Counted from the stretch's first letter, positions 9,092 to 17,884 are shown. The stretch: 64,000 nt of DNA from Muribaculaceae bacterium (GCA_029058745.1 JAIDXM010000049.1:109069-173068); one strand, 5' to 3'. Notes: generated by a model not told the origin, from the sequence alone. Translations and numbers: made by a program.

Positions 9092-9910
9092 TTAAGCATC
9101 CACTCCATCAATTACGAGCTGTAACGGGGAATTGACCGAATTTGTCAGAAGTGTAACTACACTTCGGTAGTTGCCTCGCTTCCGTCTGTCATAGGATATG
9201 GTCAGGTACACGGAGTCCCCCGGTTCTATACGGTTGGCTTCAAGATGCGTTCTTGTGCAGCTGCATGTACTTTCTGTCTCGAACACTATACCTGTCTTGT
9301 CGCCATAGTTGTGGATATAGACCGTGGTGTCAATATGTGGCCTTGAGGTTCGTATCATTACCGTGGACAACCTCAGGTCTGTCTGAACCGGGCAAATCCT
9401 TCGGTAAAAACGCCATCTGTCGGATGCGCTTGCGGGTTTGGCACTGTCAATCACGGTTCCTCCGGGGCCTACAAGGTATAACAAGGGGCGGAGGTTCCTT
9501 TTGCCATACAGTTTTGAAACCTTTCCTGTAATGATTTGTCCATCGAGTCCGTATATTCTGACATGACGCCGGCATTCCGTGGAGAGCGGGGCTTCAGTCA
9601 GGAAAAAATAATATTGCGCTTTCCCATATAGGGGGGATTCTTTACCCGCCATTTTATCTATCCACTCCACGATATGTCCGGAAATAAGGTCATCGCAACC
9701 AACGGGAGCGGCGACTATTTTATAGCCCCCGCCCGTCAGTTCGGTACACTTCGAGAGTTCGGACGCATATCCTACGCCGTGAGGATTCTCTCTCCCGGTG
9801 CTCCCACGGGATATGCATGATGACAGAATTATAATGCATACAATGAAAGAGAATACGGTAACAGAATACGTCCTAAGCCCATTGGATTTATATTTCAATG
9901 TTGCGGTCAT
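9092..9910 (-). CDS. DUF1573-type lipoprotein with degenerate thioredoxin-like N-domain lacking CxxC (cassette A)
   Basis: 272-aa ORF with lipobox ILSSCIS. The C-terminal GIVFETESTCSCTRTHLEANRIEPGDSVYLTISYD matches the DUF1573 pattern (SCxC). The middle PLLYLVGPGGTVID resembles a TlpA-like fold, but only a single Cys (STEC) sits where the paralogs have CxxC. Confidence 0.55.
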   Translation of the reverse strand: MTATLKYKSNGLRTYSVTVFSFIVCIIILSSCISRGSTGRENPHGVGYASELSKCTELTGGGYKIVAAPVGCDDLISGHIVEWIDKMAGKESPLYGKAQYYFFLTEAPLSTECRRHVRIYGLDGQIITGKVSKLYGKRNLRPLLYLVGPGGTVIDSAKPASASDRWRFYRRICPVQTDLRLSTVMIRTSRPHIDTTVYIHNYGDKTGIVFETESTCSCTRTHLEANRIEPGDSVYLTISYDRRKRGNYRSVVTLLTNSVNSPLQLVIDGVDA

Positions 9911-9928
9911 GCTTTGGATGATGTGTTG

Positions 9929-11053
9929 TCAATGCTTGAATCGGAATCGGGCGAGCACTATGTTGTCGTCATCATTGTGTGGAATCTCCCGGCCAGTAAT
10001 CCGCGAGAGAGTGGCAATTTCATCCGAAGGAATCTCGCATAGGGCGTAGTCGTTGCACACGAAAACAGGACGGAAACTTAGTCCCTCGCTGAAATTCCGG
10101 AATCTCTCTCCCTGCCTGTCCACTTTATCGTATATGGCCGTATGGTAGGCCCGTTCCCCATCTTTGTCCGACCACATGCATGCCATATAATAGCGCGGGG
10201 TCTGCCAGTTTTGGGAAAAAACATACGGCAACGAGCCGTCTTCAAGGTCTCGTGTTATTTTCTGTGTGATTTCCGGAGATTCCATCCCCTCAATTGATTT
10301 GACATAAGTGTGCCCGTCAATATTATCACCTCCGAAATCCCATGTATATGCAGCCTTGAGGGAGTCTCCCTCCATTTTATAGACAGTCATGTCGATAGGC
10401 GGGGTGAAATATAGCCTGTCCTCATATATGTTGAACGGAGACGATTGCAGGCCGTCTGTTATCCTCTCATGGAACCATGCGTCGAAAACGGACTTGCCGG
10501 CACCCGTGTCAATTACGGAGATGCCCGGTTCATCCTCTTCGACCTGTGACCACAGGGCGAGCCTCTCCCCATCAATCCATTCGCATCCAAAATAGTTCGG
10601 CTTGTCGAGGGTAAGTCTGTTGCGTCCCATGAAACGGTTGTCAAGAGTGTATTCTATGGTTTCACCGAACGGCGAAAGCATCGTCAGGAACCCTTTTTCC
10701 GGATTGAGAGAAATGTCATAAACCATGTTGTATTCCTCCGGCCCCTCGCCTCTCTTCCCAATCCTGGATATGAACTCTCCCTTATCGTTGAACATGAATA
10801 CCAAGTATCTCTTGTATTCATAAAGAATCATTGTATCACCGACGCATATCGCCTTTGAGATTTCCGACATCAGCGACGAGTCGGATGTTTCAAGTGCTAT
10901 TGGTTCTATCCCGCTGAAAAACTTTTTGTAGGAAGGTGCTTTTTTCGCGTAGCTCACTTTCAACACCTCTCCATCTTCTTGGTCAGCCTGCGGATGCCTT
11001 GTGCATCCACAGGCCGCCATCAGCAGGAGTGTGACCGGCATTATCCTCCTCAT
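9929..11053 (-). CDS. 6-bladed beta-propeller-type lipoprotein (BF3164-like family), cassette A
   Basis: The ORF track starts at a TTG (11074). The ATG at 11053 gives MRRIMPVTLLLMAACGC (lipobox). Family-typical GxGPxE motif IGKRGEGPEEY. Starts 5 nt after the peptide gene stop. Confidence 0.7.
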   Translation of the reverse strand: MRRIMPVTLLLMAACGCTRHPQADQEDGEVLKVSYAKKAPSYKKFFSGIEPIALETSDSSLMSEISKAICVGDTMILYEYKRYLVFMFNDKGEFISRIGKRGEGPEEYNMVYDISLNPEKGFLTMLSPFGETIEYTLDNRFMGRNRLTLDKPNYFGCEWIDGERLALWSQVEEDEPGISVIDTGAGKSVFDAWFHERITDGLQSSPFNIYEDRLYFTPPIDMTVYKMEGDSLKAAYTWDFGGDNIDGHTYVKSIEGMESPEITQKITRDLEDGSLPYVFSQNWQTPRYYMACMWSDKDGERAYHTAIYDKVDRQGERFRNFSEGLSFRPVFVCNDYALCEIPSDEIATLSRITGREIPHNDDDNIVLARFRFKH

Positions 11054-11058
11054 GGCAG

Positions 11059-11307
11059 TCACATCCTTATGCAATAATCCTTAAGATATCCTGAGAAGGC
11101 ACAGTCACGTTTTTGAGAATCCCAATCCCAGCAGGTGCCTTCCTTTGCGCCGCAGATCATGATGAACCCCTCTCCGTCGGATAGGGCGTCGATGTTTTCA
11201 AGCTGTGCTTCCGTCAGCTCACTTTCAGCCGACTGCTTGTTGGCGAATACGAAGCCGTTAACGGCAAGGGCCGCTACGGCGAGCCCTCCGAAAATCATTC
11301 TTTTCAT
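11059..11307 (-). CDS. NVEALA-type small Cys-rich precursor peptide A (82 aa)
   Basis: N-terminal hydrophobic segment MKRMIFGGLAVAALAVNGFVFA, leader helix AQLENIDALS, and the tail DGEGFIMICGAKEGTCWDWDSQKRDCAFSGYLKDYCIRM with 4 Cys. Confidence 0.7.
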   Translation of the reverse strand: MKRMIFGGLAVAALAVNGFVFANKQSAESELTEAQLENIDALSDGEGFIMICGAKEGTCWDWDSQKRDCAFSGYLKDYCIRM

Positions 11308-11332
11308 TAGTTTGATTAATTATAATTTATTA

Positions 11333-11562
11333 AAAAAGGGTTATTACTGTACCTGACACCTCGAAATCGATGTCAGGTCTATTCTCAAAATTGATTGTCA
11401 CACGCCGTAGAAAGTTCCCGGCGGTCGTGTCGGAGAACGATACTTTGCGTAGTAGGAGACGATTGTGAAGTCGGCATCCGGCTTCGCAATCATCCCGCCA
11501 TCCACAAGTCTTATGGAGTCCGGGAAGAGGATTTCCTTTCCGGTCCACTCGATGACAGCTTT
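11333..11562 (-). pseudogene. Internally deleted remnant of a thioredoxin-DUF1573 gene
   Basis: 11333-11440 encodes a diverged C-terminus (FLRRVTINFENRPDIDFEVSGTVITLF vs FLRSVMVYFENQTSPTLRFEVTGQVITN of 13081-13968). 11448-11562 matches 13743-13857 with 2 mismatches in about 115 nt. About 200 codons in between are missing. Confidence 0.75.
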
Positions 11563-11747
11563 CCCCACGAAGCCAGATACACCGTGCCGCCTCCCTCGAC
11601 CTCCTTCAACACTATGTCATGGTTTCCCGAAGGCTTGTAAACCGCTGTCACGTCGGTCAGCTTCGGGATCCTCAGAAACCGTGGGCGTATAGACGGGTCG
11701 GTGGGCAACTCCGTATCCATATCATCGTTAAATCCATAACGTCCCAT
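11563..11747 (-). pseudogene. Internal fragment of a transglutaminase-fold gene fused to the Trx remnant
   Basis: 11563-11735 aligns to 7957-8128 of the cassette-A TGase gene (about 27 mismatches in 173 nt by hand). Encodes DTELPTDPSIRPRFLRIPKLTDVTAVYKPSGNHD vs DTELPSETSMRPKFLRIPKLTDVTAVYKPSGSHD. Lacks both the N-terminus and the catalytic core. Confidence 0.75.
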
Positions 11748-11758
11748 AAAATCATAGT

Positions 11759-12700
11759 TTAAAACTGGAATGTATATAATCGGTCGTCGTTTGACGCCAT
11801 GATGACACGTTTGTTCTTTCTGTCATACGTGAACAGATACCCTACCATTCCCGTATCAATACATGACAGGGCATTACCATCATAGTCGAATCTCTTGATT
11901 TTACTGTTTCCTGTCCCCGTTTTGAAGTCAACGTCCTCCTGCGACAGCACAATAAACCCGTCATCAAGGCATACAACGCAAGAATATGCGAATTCATGAC
12001 CGTCAAGTCCACCTCTCAGTACCGTCAGATTTTTCATCGCTTCCTGTCCCAACCCGGCTATCAGTATTACATTGGATTTCAAAAAGGCCGCGACTATATG
12101 TTTGCCATTAGTGGACCAAAATAAGGGTGAGTCCTTTATGTCCGGGGAAATCTCGCTGCAGTCAATCGAATCCCAGGTCTTTTGATTCTCCATGTCGTAT
12201 ATCTTGAAAACATAGCCGTTCTCACCAAGAACAGTATAACCCAAGAGGGACCTGGAAATTTCACCGGCCATATTAATCACATCTGAACCATATTTTAAAG
12301 TGTCTTTCCCTTCGATTATATGGTGGCGCCAACAATCCGCCACCATCATACGATTTGAGAGCGGTACGACAAGTTCGGGTTCGAGATATTCACCCGGACC
12401 TTCCCCCCTCTTGCCCAATTTTTTCGTTTCTTTAAACGAGACCGGATCAAGCACATGGAACGCAAACGAATCAAGGTCGCTTACACAGATTACGCCACTG
12501 TCGGAATATACCAACTCCACTATGTCGAAATCATATTCCTCCTCTACCGGATTCATACGGACAATAGTGTCACTTACAGTCGCTTCCGGCATACTCCTTT
12601 CTGTGATCTTATGCCGATTTTTTGGGGGATGACCGCAGCTTATTGCAAAGGCAAGGAAAAATATTGCAATATATATATAATACAACCTACGTATCTTCAT
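11759..12700 (-). CDS. 6-bladed beta-propeller-type lipoprotein, cassette B
   Basis: 313-aa ORF with lipobox FAISCGH and motif LGKRGEGPGEY. Confidence 0.7.
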   Translation of the reverse strand: MKIRRLYYIYIAIFFLAFAISCGHPPKNRHKITERSMPEATVSDTIVRMNPVEEEYDFDIVELVYSDSGVICVSDLDSFAFHVLDPVSFKETKKLGKRGEGPGEYLEPELVVPLSNRMMVADCWRHHIIEGKDTLKYGSDVINMAGEISRSLLGYTVLGENGYVFKIYDMENQKTWDSIDCSEISPDIKDSPLFWSTNGKHIVAAFLKSNVILIAGLGQEAMKNLTVLRGGLDGHEFAYSCVVCLDDGFIVLSQEDVDFKTGTGNSKIKRFDYDGNALSCIDTGMVGYLFTYDRKNKRVIMASNDDRLYTFQF

Positions 12701-12714
12701 GTGTGCTTATTTTT

Positions 12715-12765
12715 ATTGGCCTGTGTCCAATCAGGTGTACCCACTGAATATTGACACATGCCAAT
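12715..12765 (-). terminator. Imperfect hairpin between peptide B and propeller B (attenuator/terminator candidate)
   Basis: Arms attggcctgtgtc (12715-12727) and gacacatgccaat (12753-12765) pair at 12 of 13 positions with a 25-nt loop. Confidence 0.35.
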
Positions 12766-12782
12766 TATGGATTTAGTTTCAC

Positions 12783-13073
12783 TTACTGTTGTGTACATCC
12801 GACAGGGTTGTATCCTGACTTTTCCTCGTAACAACAGTCACGGAATCTCGCTTTAGGGGTGGGTCCAACGCGGTTGACATCCCACTTTCTGTAACCGGAT
12901 GTATTGTTGCAGGGTCCGTTTAATTCCACTCCTTCCGTGAGAGCTTCGATGGTTTCCAACTGAAGCTTGCTCAAAGATTGGTCTGGCTGATTGGCTTTTG
13001 AACGCGCGAATCCGCCTGCTGCAAGAGCCACTATTGCGAGTCCCGCAAAGAAAAAGTTTTTCGTCTTTTTCAT
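12783..13073 (-). CDS. NVEALA-type small Cys-rich precursor peptide B (96 aa)
   Basis: MKKTKNFFFAGLAIVALAAGGFA, then the leader SKLQLETIEALT, then the tail EGVELNGPCNNTSGYRKWDVNRVGPTPKARFRDCCYEEKSGYNPVGCTQQ with 4 Cys. Confidence 0.7.
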   Translation of the reverse strand: MKKTKNFFFAGLAIVALAAGGFARSKANQPDQSLSKLQLETIEALTEGVELNGPCNNTSGYRKWDVNRVGPTPKARFRDCCYEEKSGYNPVGCTQQ

Positions 13074-13080
13074 GAGTTTA

Positions 13081-13968
13081 TTAATTGGTTATTACTTGTC
13101 CCGTTACTTCAAAACGAAGTGTCGGAGACGTTTGGTTTTCAAAATAGACCATGACGCTTCTTAGGAAGTTGTCAGGTATTGTGTCGCGGAATGAGACCTC
13201 GACCCTGTAAGGACTCCCTGGAGGAATGATTGTCGGGACGACCGTTCCTGCAGTGCACTCGCATGAGGAAATTACTTCCCTAACGCGGAGAGTATCGGAA
13301 CTCTTGTTCTTCAGGGAGAAGATATGGTATACCGATTCTCCAGGCTTTACATTACCGAAGTCATAGCTATATTCTATCCATTCCCCGTCATCTTCAATAT
13401 TGTTCTCTCTTTTTCCGATTAACGAAAGATAAAGATTGAAGGCACCCTTGCTTTGAACAGGATTTCCGAATGTGAGGACATGGTTGTCGCTGTCGAGAAG
13501 GAACGTCTGCATCAGCGGGTCTTCGGGGAATCCATTCAGTGAATTGATTGCATCACTTGAGTCCAATACCACCGGATAATTGAAATGATCACGCTTCCGC
13601 AGATAATCCAGTCCTTTTTCATCGTTCGAAAAAGCTATCATCAACAGGTTCACGGTTTTGTCTCCGCGCACGGAATCTACGCGTTGCATGAACTCGTTCC
13701 AGAATCTCAGCCTCATACGGCATCCCGTGCAACCGACGGAATCGTAGTAGGAGACGATTGTGAAGTCGGCATCCGGCTTCGCAATCATCCCGCCATCGAC
13801 AAGTCTCATGGAGTCCGGGAAGAGGATTTCCTTTCCGGTCCACTCGATGACAGCTTTCTCGTATGCCTTCCTCTTGCTGTCGCCACACGATGCCGTGATG
13901 CATAGAATGAAGATTGAGATGAATATAGGAAGTGTTGTCTTGACAAAATGTGGCAGTGCTGTACCCAT
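13081..13968 (-). CDS. Thioredoxin-like (CxxC) / DUF1573 fusion lipoprotein, cassette B
   Basis: 295-aa ORF with lipobox ITASCGD. TlpA-like region FTIVSYYDSVGCTGCRM ... TFLLDSDNHVLTFGNP. DUF1573 motif YDFGNVKPGESVYHIFSLKNKSSDTLRVREVISSCECT. Ends 7 nt before the start of the peptide B gene. Confidence 0.75.
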   Translation of the reverse strand: MGTALPHFVKTTLPIFISIFILCITASCGDSKRKAYEKAVIEWTGKEILFPDSMRLVDGGMIAKPDADFTIVSYYDSVGCTGCRMRLRFWNEFMQRVDSVRGDKTVNLLMIAFSNDEKGLDYLRKRDHFNYPVVLDSSDAINSLNGFPEDPLMQTFLLDSDNHVLTFGNPVQSKGAFNLYLSLIGKRENNIEDDGEWIEYSYDFGNVKPGESVYHIFSLKNKSSDTLRVREVISSCECTAGTVVPTIIPPGSPYRVEVSFRDTIPDNFLRSVMVYFENQTSPTLRFEVTGQVITN

Positions 13969-13983
13969 ACCGACACGTTAAGT

Positions 13984-14352
13984 TCAGATAACACCGGAGT
14001 AATACTCTCCGTCAATTGCGACGATGACCGACACGCTCTCCTCTCCATCGAATGTAAAGCTATATCCGTCGAGAAGGTTTGCCTGTTGCCGCATCACGAT
14101 AACTCCGCTTTTACTGCCAGAGGCGGTTATGACCCCTTCTGTGTCGTAGTCGCAATATACTGTGATTTCATTGCCGGTTACGATACAATAGACGGGCGAC
14201 CAGGCGGGCATCCTGGGGTAGTCATGAGTATTTGTGTTGTCTTTCTTTAGACGAATCTGCTCCGGATTTTTTTGTTCAGCGGAATTGGTTGCCACGGAAC
14301 AAACGAACGCCACCGCGAGCATGAGAATTGTCATGAATTTTCTCATTTGCAT
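13984..14352 (-). CDS. Small secreted protein, DUF3244-like
   Basis: 122-aa ORF with a signal peptide (MTILMLAVAFVCSVA). The C-terminal pattern VSVIVAIDGEYYSGVI resembles the DUF3244 family ending. Similar in kind to 55016-55411. A canonical -7 box lies upstream. Confidence 0.45.
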   Translation of the reverse strand: MQMRKFMTILMLAVAFVCSVATNSAEQKNPEQIRLKKDNTNTHDYPRMPAWSPVYCIVTGNEITVYCDYDTEGVITASGSKSGVIVMRQQANLLDGYSFTFDGEESVSVIVAIDGEYYSGVI

Positions 14353-14380
14353 GTTGATTTACGGGTTAATTTGAATGTTG

Positions 14381-14388
14381 CAAAGTTA
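14381..14388 (-). promoter_or_regulatory. Bacteroidota -7 box TAACTTTG
   Basis: caaagtta on + equals TAACTTTG on -, 29 nt upstream of the ATG at 14352. Confidence 0.5.
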
Positions 14389-14488
14389 TTGATTATTAGA
14401 AGAAAATGCAAGCTTTCCCGATATTAAATTTTCTTTCTGAAGAATTTTTTTAATGTGAGTTAAATATTGATTATTAATGAAATAAAGA

Positions 14489-14518
14489 GAGCGGAAGGAT
14501 TTTGAAATCTTTCCGCTC
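14489..14518 (-). terminator. Hairpin terminator after propeller C
   Basis: gagcggaagga / tctttccgctc stem (one G-U pair), followed on the - strand by the U-rich tctttatttcatt. Confidence 0.5.
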
Positions 14519-14623
14519 CCTTTCACCCTCTTTCCTCTCAAGGTATGTGATGAAATAGTGGTTGCGGGGTGGCGGATTCACCCTCCGGAGGGGAGCGTTC
14601 CCCACGGTTTAAGAATGCTGTGG

Positions 14624-15649
14624 TCAGTCGTCGAGCTGTATATATCCGAACTGAGGTTCACCGTCGGTGTGTATGAACAGACGGTTCGTGCCATGGTGAT
14701 ATGTCATGTCGTTCACTCTGGCCTCCAAATGTAATGTCTTTATGTATTTCCCGTCAAGATCCATCACAAAGATATCCTTGCCATACACAGAGTTGTCATT
14801 TCTTATATCAGAGCCGTTATAGCTTACGTACAGCCGGGCGCCTGCTATCACAGGGCTACTGAAATAATAGGAGACTCCATCATGTTTTTCTTTATAATCA
14901 GATCCGTAGATAGTCTTCTTGAGATTTCCGTCGGTATCAAAAATCTTGATTCGGTCGTGGGTGTATCCGGTGGATACGATAATATTCTGATTGATGTCAA
15001 CCGCAATCTGGCACTTCCCGACATCTCCGGAAGAAACGGTGTCAATAAAGGTTGCTGCACCTGAATCCGGATTGAAACGACCGAGACGGGATGAAAAACC
15101 GGATTCTCCCGGTCCATAGAGAGAACATAATACGGTGGTGTCGTTGACGTAATGGGGCGCGACGAAAAGAGTCATATAGTCACTATTGTCAAGCCTCACC
15201 TTATCGAATGCCTTGCATGTTGAGTCAGAGAGAGCCTTCTCCATATTTATTCCCTGCAATGTCATGCGTCCCGTGTTCAGTGCAAATATATTCCCACCTC
15301 GGTCGGCATATAATCCGCCGAGATATGACATCTCCCCGGGTCCGGTGCCGAATTTGCCGAATGAGCCGACATATCTTTCTGAGGCGATGTCATAGGCGGC
15401 GAACAGACGGTCGCGCTGTTGTCCGTCATAGATTATCAGCGTGTCTCCGGATATTATGAGATTGGAATTTGAATGCATCGGAGGTAGGGTGGAATCAATA
15501 GATATAAGTTGTACTGATTCCACGTTATCACGCTTTCCGGCAGTTTCCTCTATAGGATGGCCTGTAGAGGCGCGGCATGACCATAGCACAGGACACATAA
15601 TTAAGGAAATGACCGAAATTCCACACGTTCTGACTATATTTACTTGCAT
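14624..15649 (-). CDS. 6-bladed beta-propeller-type lipoprotein, cassette C
   Basis: 341-aa ORF with signal/lipobox CPVLWSCRA and motif FGKFGTGPGEM. The start overlaps the end of the peptide C gene by 10 nt. Confidence 0.7.
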   Translation of the reverse strand: MQVNIVRTCGISVISLIMCPVLWSCRASTGHPIEETAGKRDNVESVQLISIDSTLPPMHSNSNLIISGDTLIIYDGQQRDRLFAAYDIASERYVGSFGKFGTGPGEMSYLGGLYADRGGNIFALNTGRMTLQGINMEKALSDSTCKAFDKVRLDNSDYMTLFVAPHYVNDTTVLCSLYGPGESGFSSRLGRFNPDSGAATFIDTVSSGDVGKCQIAVDINQNIIVSTGYTHDRIKIFDTDGNLKKTIYGSDYKEKHDGVSYYFSSPVIAGARLYVSYNGSDIRNDNSVYGKDIFVMDLDGKYIKTLHLEARVNDMTYHHGTNRLFIHTDGEPQFGYIQLDD

Positions 15650-15885
15650 GGTACAGGTGTGGAATTTGGGATGGCCGCAGAACTACTTAACAGACAATAA
15701 TCATCGCCGGATGCGAGGCAACATTGGTCATACTCAGACTCAATCCACCATTCCTTGTCGGTTAGGGCGTCCAGGTTTTCGAGTTGCGAAGGAGAGAGTT
15801 CCGTGTGCGACTCCATCTTGGCTGTTGTGAAGCCTGCCGTTGCGAGGACTGCGATTCCGATGCCGAAAAAAATACGTTTCTTCAT
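15640..15885 (-). CDS. NVEALA-type small Cys-rich precursor peptide C (81 aa)
   Basis: MKKRIFFGIGIAVLATAGFTTA, then the leader SQLENLDALT, then the tail DKEWWIESEYDQCCLASGDDYCLLSSSAAIPNSTPVPCK with 4 Cys. Confidence 0.7.
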   Translation of the reverse strand: MKKRIFFGIGIAVLATAGFTTAKMESHTELSPSQLENLDALTDKEWWIESEYDQCCLASGDDYCLLSSSAAIPNSTPVPCK

Positions 15886-16042
15886 GTCAAATAAAATTTT
15901 ATGGTTATTATTAGAGTTGGTTTATTTCTCCTTAAATCTCGAAACGGGATTCCGGAAGGTTGTTTTCGAATTAGAAAGGCTTTGCGCGTAAAATCGCATT
16001 ACACAATCTCAAACCATTTGCAGTTCCCATGGAATAGTGGAA

Positions 16043-17884
16043 TCACCACCATATCTGCCTGCCATTTTTAAGTGTGAATGGACGCTCCTCTTTCCCTTTT
16101 GTAAGGTCATGAAGCAGAAGCAAAGCTCCCTCCGGGATGTTGTCATATATCAGTTCATATCCATCGCTGAGTTGTCTGCCGAGTGATCGCCATTTCTCTC
16201 CGTCCCACCATGTCAGTTCGTATTCGTCTCCGGGTTCAATGAAGTTGCCGTCATGCCGAGGATAGTAGTCTATCCGCGAAATCTCCACAAGTCTGCCGAA
16301 ATCAAGATTTCGCTTACCCGTTGATTCTATGACTTTGCCGTCAGGCCCGTATGCCGCAAGACTGTCGATGTAATGTCGTGCGGGATGGTCTGTCTCTGCC
16401 CATAGGCATCGGTAACGTCCGGACTGTTTAATGTATGCGGTGTTATGGAATATGGGCACATCAGTGATTGTGTATAGAGTCACCGGATTACGGAACCCTG
16501 AATCGGTTGCCGCCATAATTCTTGTGCCGGGCATCTGTGCATAGCCGTTTAGTTTTCCTGGGCTTATAGGATATTTCCGCGTCAGTGTGGCTGAGACTTT
16601 TCTTGAAGTGTCGGCGGTAATCTCTATCTTCATACCACGGCTGATGTAAAACGGATTTCCGACAGCTTCCGGCCTACCGTCTCTCAACGTCATAGGTAGA
16701 AGCATAACGGAGTCTCCTATGTTAGTGAAAATGGCTTTTCCATTGTCGGTCGAGGCATAAGCCTGGGCAATCCATCCGGAAGAGAGGGAGTGTGTGCAGA
16801 GCCACACGTATTCTACCTCATTCCCGGCATCGACCGTAACTTCCCCGGTCAGCCCGTATTCTGCCGAAACATCAATACTTCTATGATGGTTAATCCATGC
16901 AGAATTCCCGAAATGTGGCGCGTCTTTTGCAGGATTTACGTGGAAGGTGGAACGCCACACCTTGACGACCCTCTTGCGGAAATCGCCGTCGTAGGGATAA
17001 CCCTCCGGCATCGGTTGCTTGAGCACGTATCCGCTCGCGTCAATCTTATTGTGCTTCCTTGCCACAGAGTCATCGTCAACGATAGTGTAAGTGCCACCGG
17101 GCAACACAAGCGACACCCATGAATGGACGTTGTCGCTGTAGTTGGCCCATCGCCCGCAGTTGTCGTATGCTACAGGCAGTCCCATGGCGCGGCATACCCC
17201 CGCGAGATAGATGCAGCGTTCCTTGCATATAGTGGAGAAATAGTTGCGGTAAGCCACCACATCCATAAGGTGCGGATATTTCAGGGCTTTTGTCTTCTTC
17301 TGTGAGAATATCTCACTGTGGATTATCTCGAATGCCCTGCGCGGGTCTTTAATCCCCTTTAGCAATGGATGGAACTTTACTTTAATAGAGTCACGCCAAC
17401 CGGAGCGCAGAGGTTCATCGGCAATCCTGTATGGAAGGATATGACATAGGAAGCTGTCGAAGTCCACGCTGTCTCGCCATGGACTCTCTCTCCATGTCCT
17501 GAATGCACCGTCGATATTGTCGATGAGCAATCCGGAGGACATGGATGAGAGGTCGGTACGCCTTTCCGGTCTGGGTATATTCTGGGATATTGCCATCCAC
17601 AGGGAGTCTGCCTCCGCCTTTGTCATGGCCTTTGCGGCAATGGAATCGGAGAAAGTGCGGACAGCTTCGCCATAGACAGCGTAATGACCGGGCATGTTGA
17701 CAATGAGCCATTCCGCCGCCTGTAGTTTCTCCGGCTCGCTCGAATAATGTTCCAGAACCTTTTCCAGTTCAGCACGGTTTTCTCCTGCATGGTCAAGCGT
17801 CGCCGTGAGATTTCCGTTGCGCGAACAGGAAATAAGACTCATGACTGCAATGAAGATTAGAAATATTCTATGCCAAGTCTCCAT
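16043..17884 (-). CDS. Transglutaminase-fold lipoprotein with C-terminal discoidin-like domain (cassette D)
   Basis: 613-aa ORF with lipobox MSLISCS. Core KERCIYLAGVCRAMGLP ... NVHSWVSL ... DDD. The C-terminus GDEYELTWWDGEKW parallels GDEYELFWFGSCRW of 7098-9083. Confidence 0.75.
   Translation of the reverse strand: METWHRIFLIFIAVMSLISCSRNGNLTATLDHAGENRAELEKVLEHYSSEPEKLQAAEWLIVNMPGHYAVYGEAVRTFSDSIAAKAMTKAEADSLWMAISQNIPRPERRTDLSSMSSGLLIDNIDGAFRTWRESPWRDSVDFDSFLCHILPYRIADEPLRSGWRDSIKVKFHPLLKGIKDPRRAFEIIHSEIFSQKKTKALKYPHLMDVVAYRNYFSTICKERCIYLAGVCRAMGLPVAYDNCGRWANYSDNVHSWVSLVLPGGTYTIVDDDSVARKHNKIDASGYVLKQPMPEGYPYDGDFRKRVVKVWRSTFHVNPAKDAPHFGNSAWINHHRSIDVSAEYGLTGEVTVDAGNEVEYVWLCTHSLSSGWIAQAYASTDNGKAIFTNIGDSVMLLPMTLRDGRPEAVGNPFYISRGMKIEITADTSRKVSATLTRKYPISPGKLNGYAQMPGTRIMAATDSGFRNPVTLYTITDVPIFHNTAYIKQSGRYRCLWAETDHPARHYIDSLAAYGPDGKVIESTGKRNLDFGRLVEISRIDYYPRHDGNFIEPGDEYELTWWDGEKWRSLGRQLSDGYELIYDNIPEGALLLLHDLTKGKEERPFTLKNGRQIWW

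Noticed and set aside
11330-11747. ORFs 11330-11548 and 11511-11747 as intact small genes
   Set aside because: They are readable only because they are fragments of Trx-DUF1573 and TGase genes joined out of context. They are called pseudogene remnants instead. The look-alike ORFs at 13619-13903, 13760-13981, 11395-11640 and 11465-11692 are alternate frames of the same duplicated DNA.
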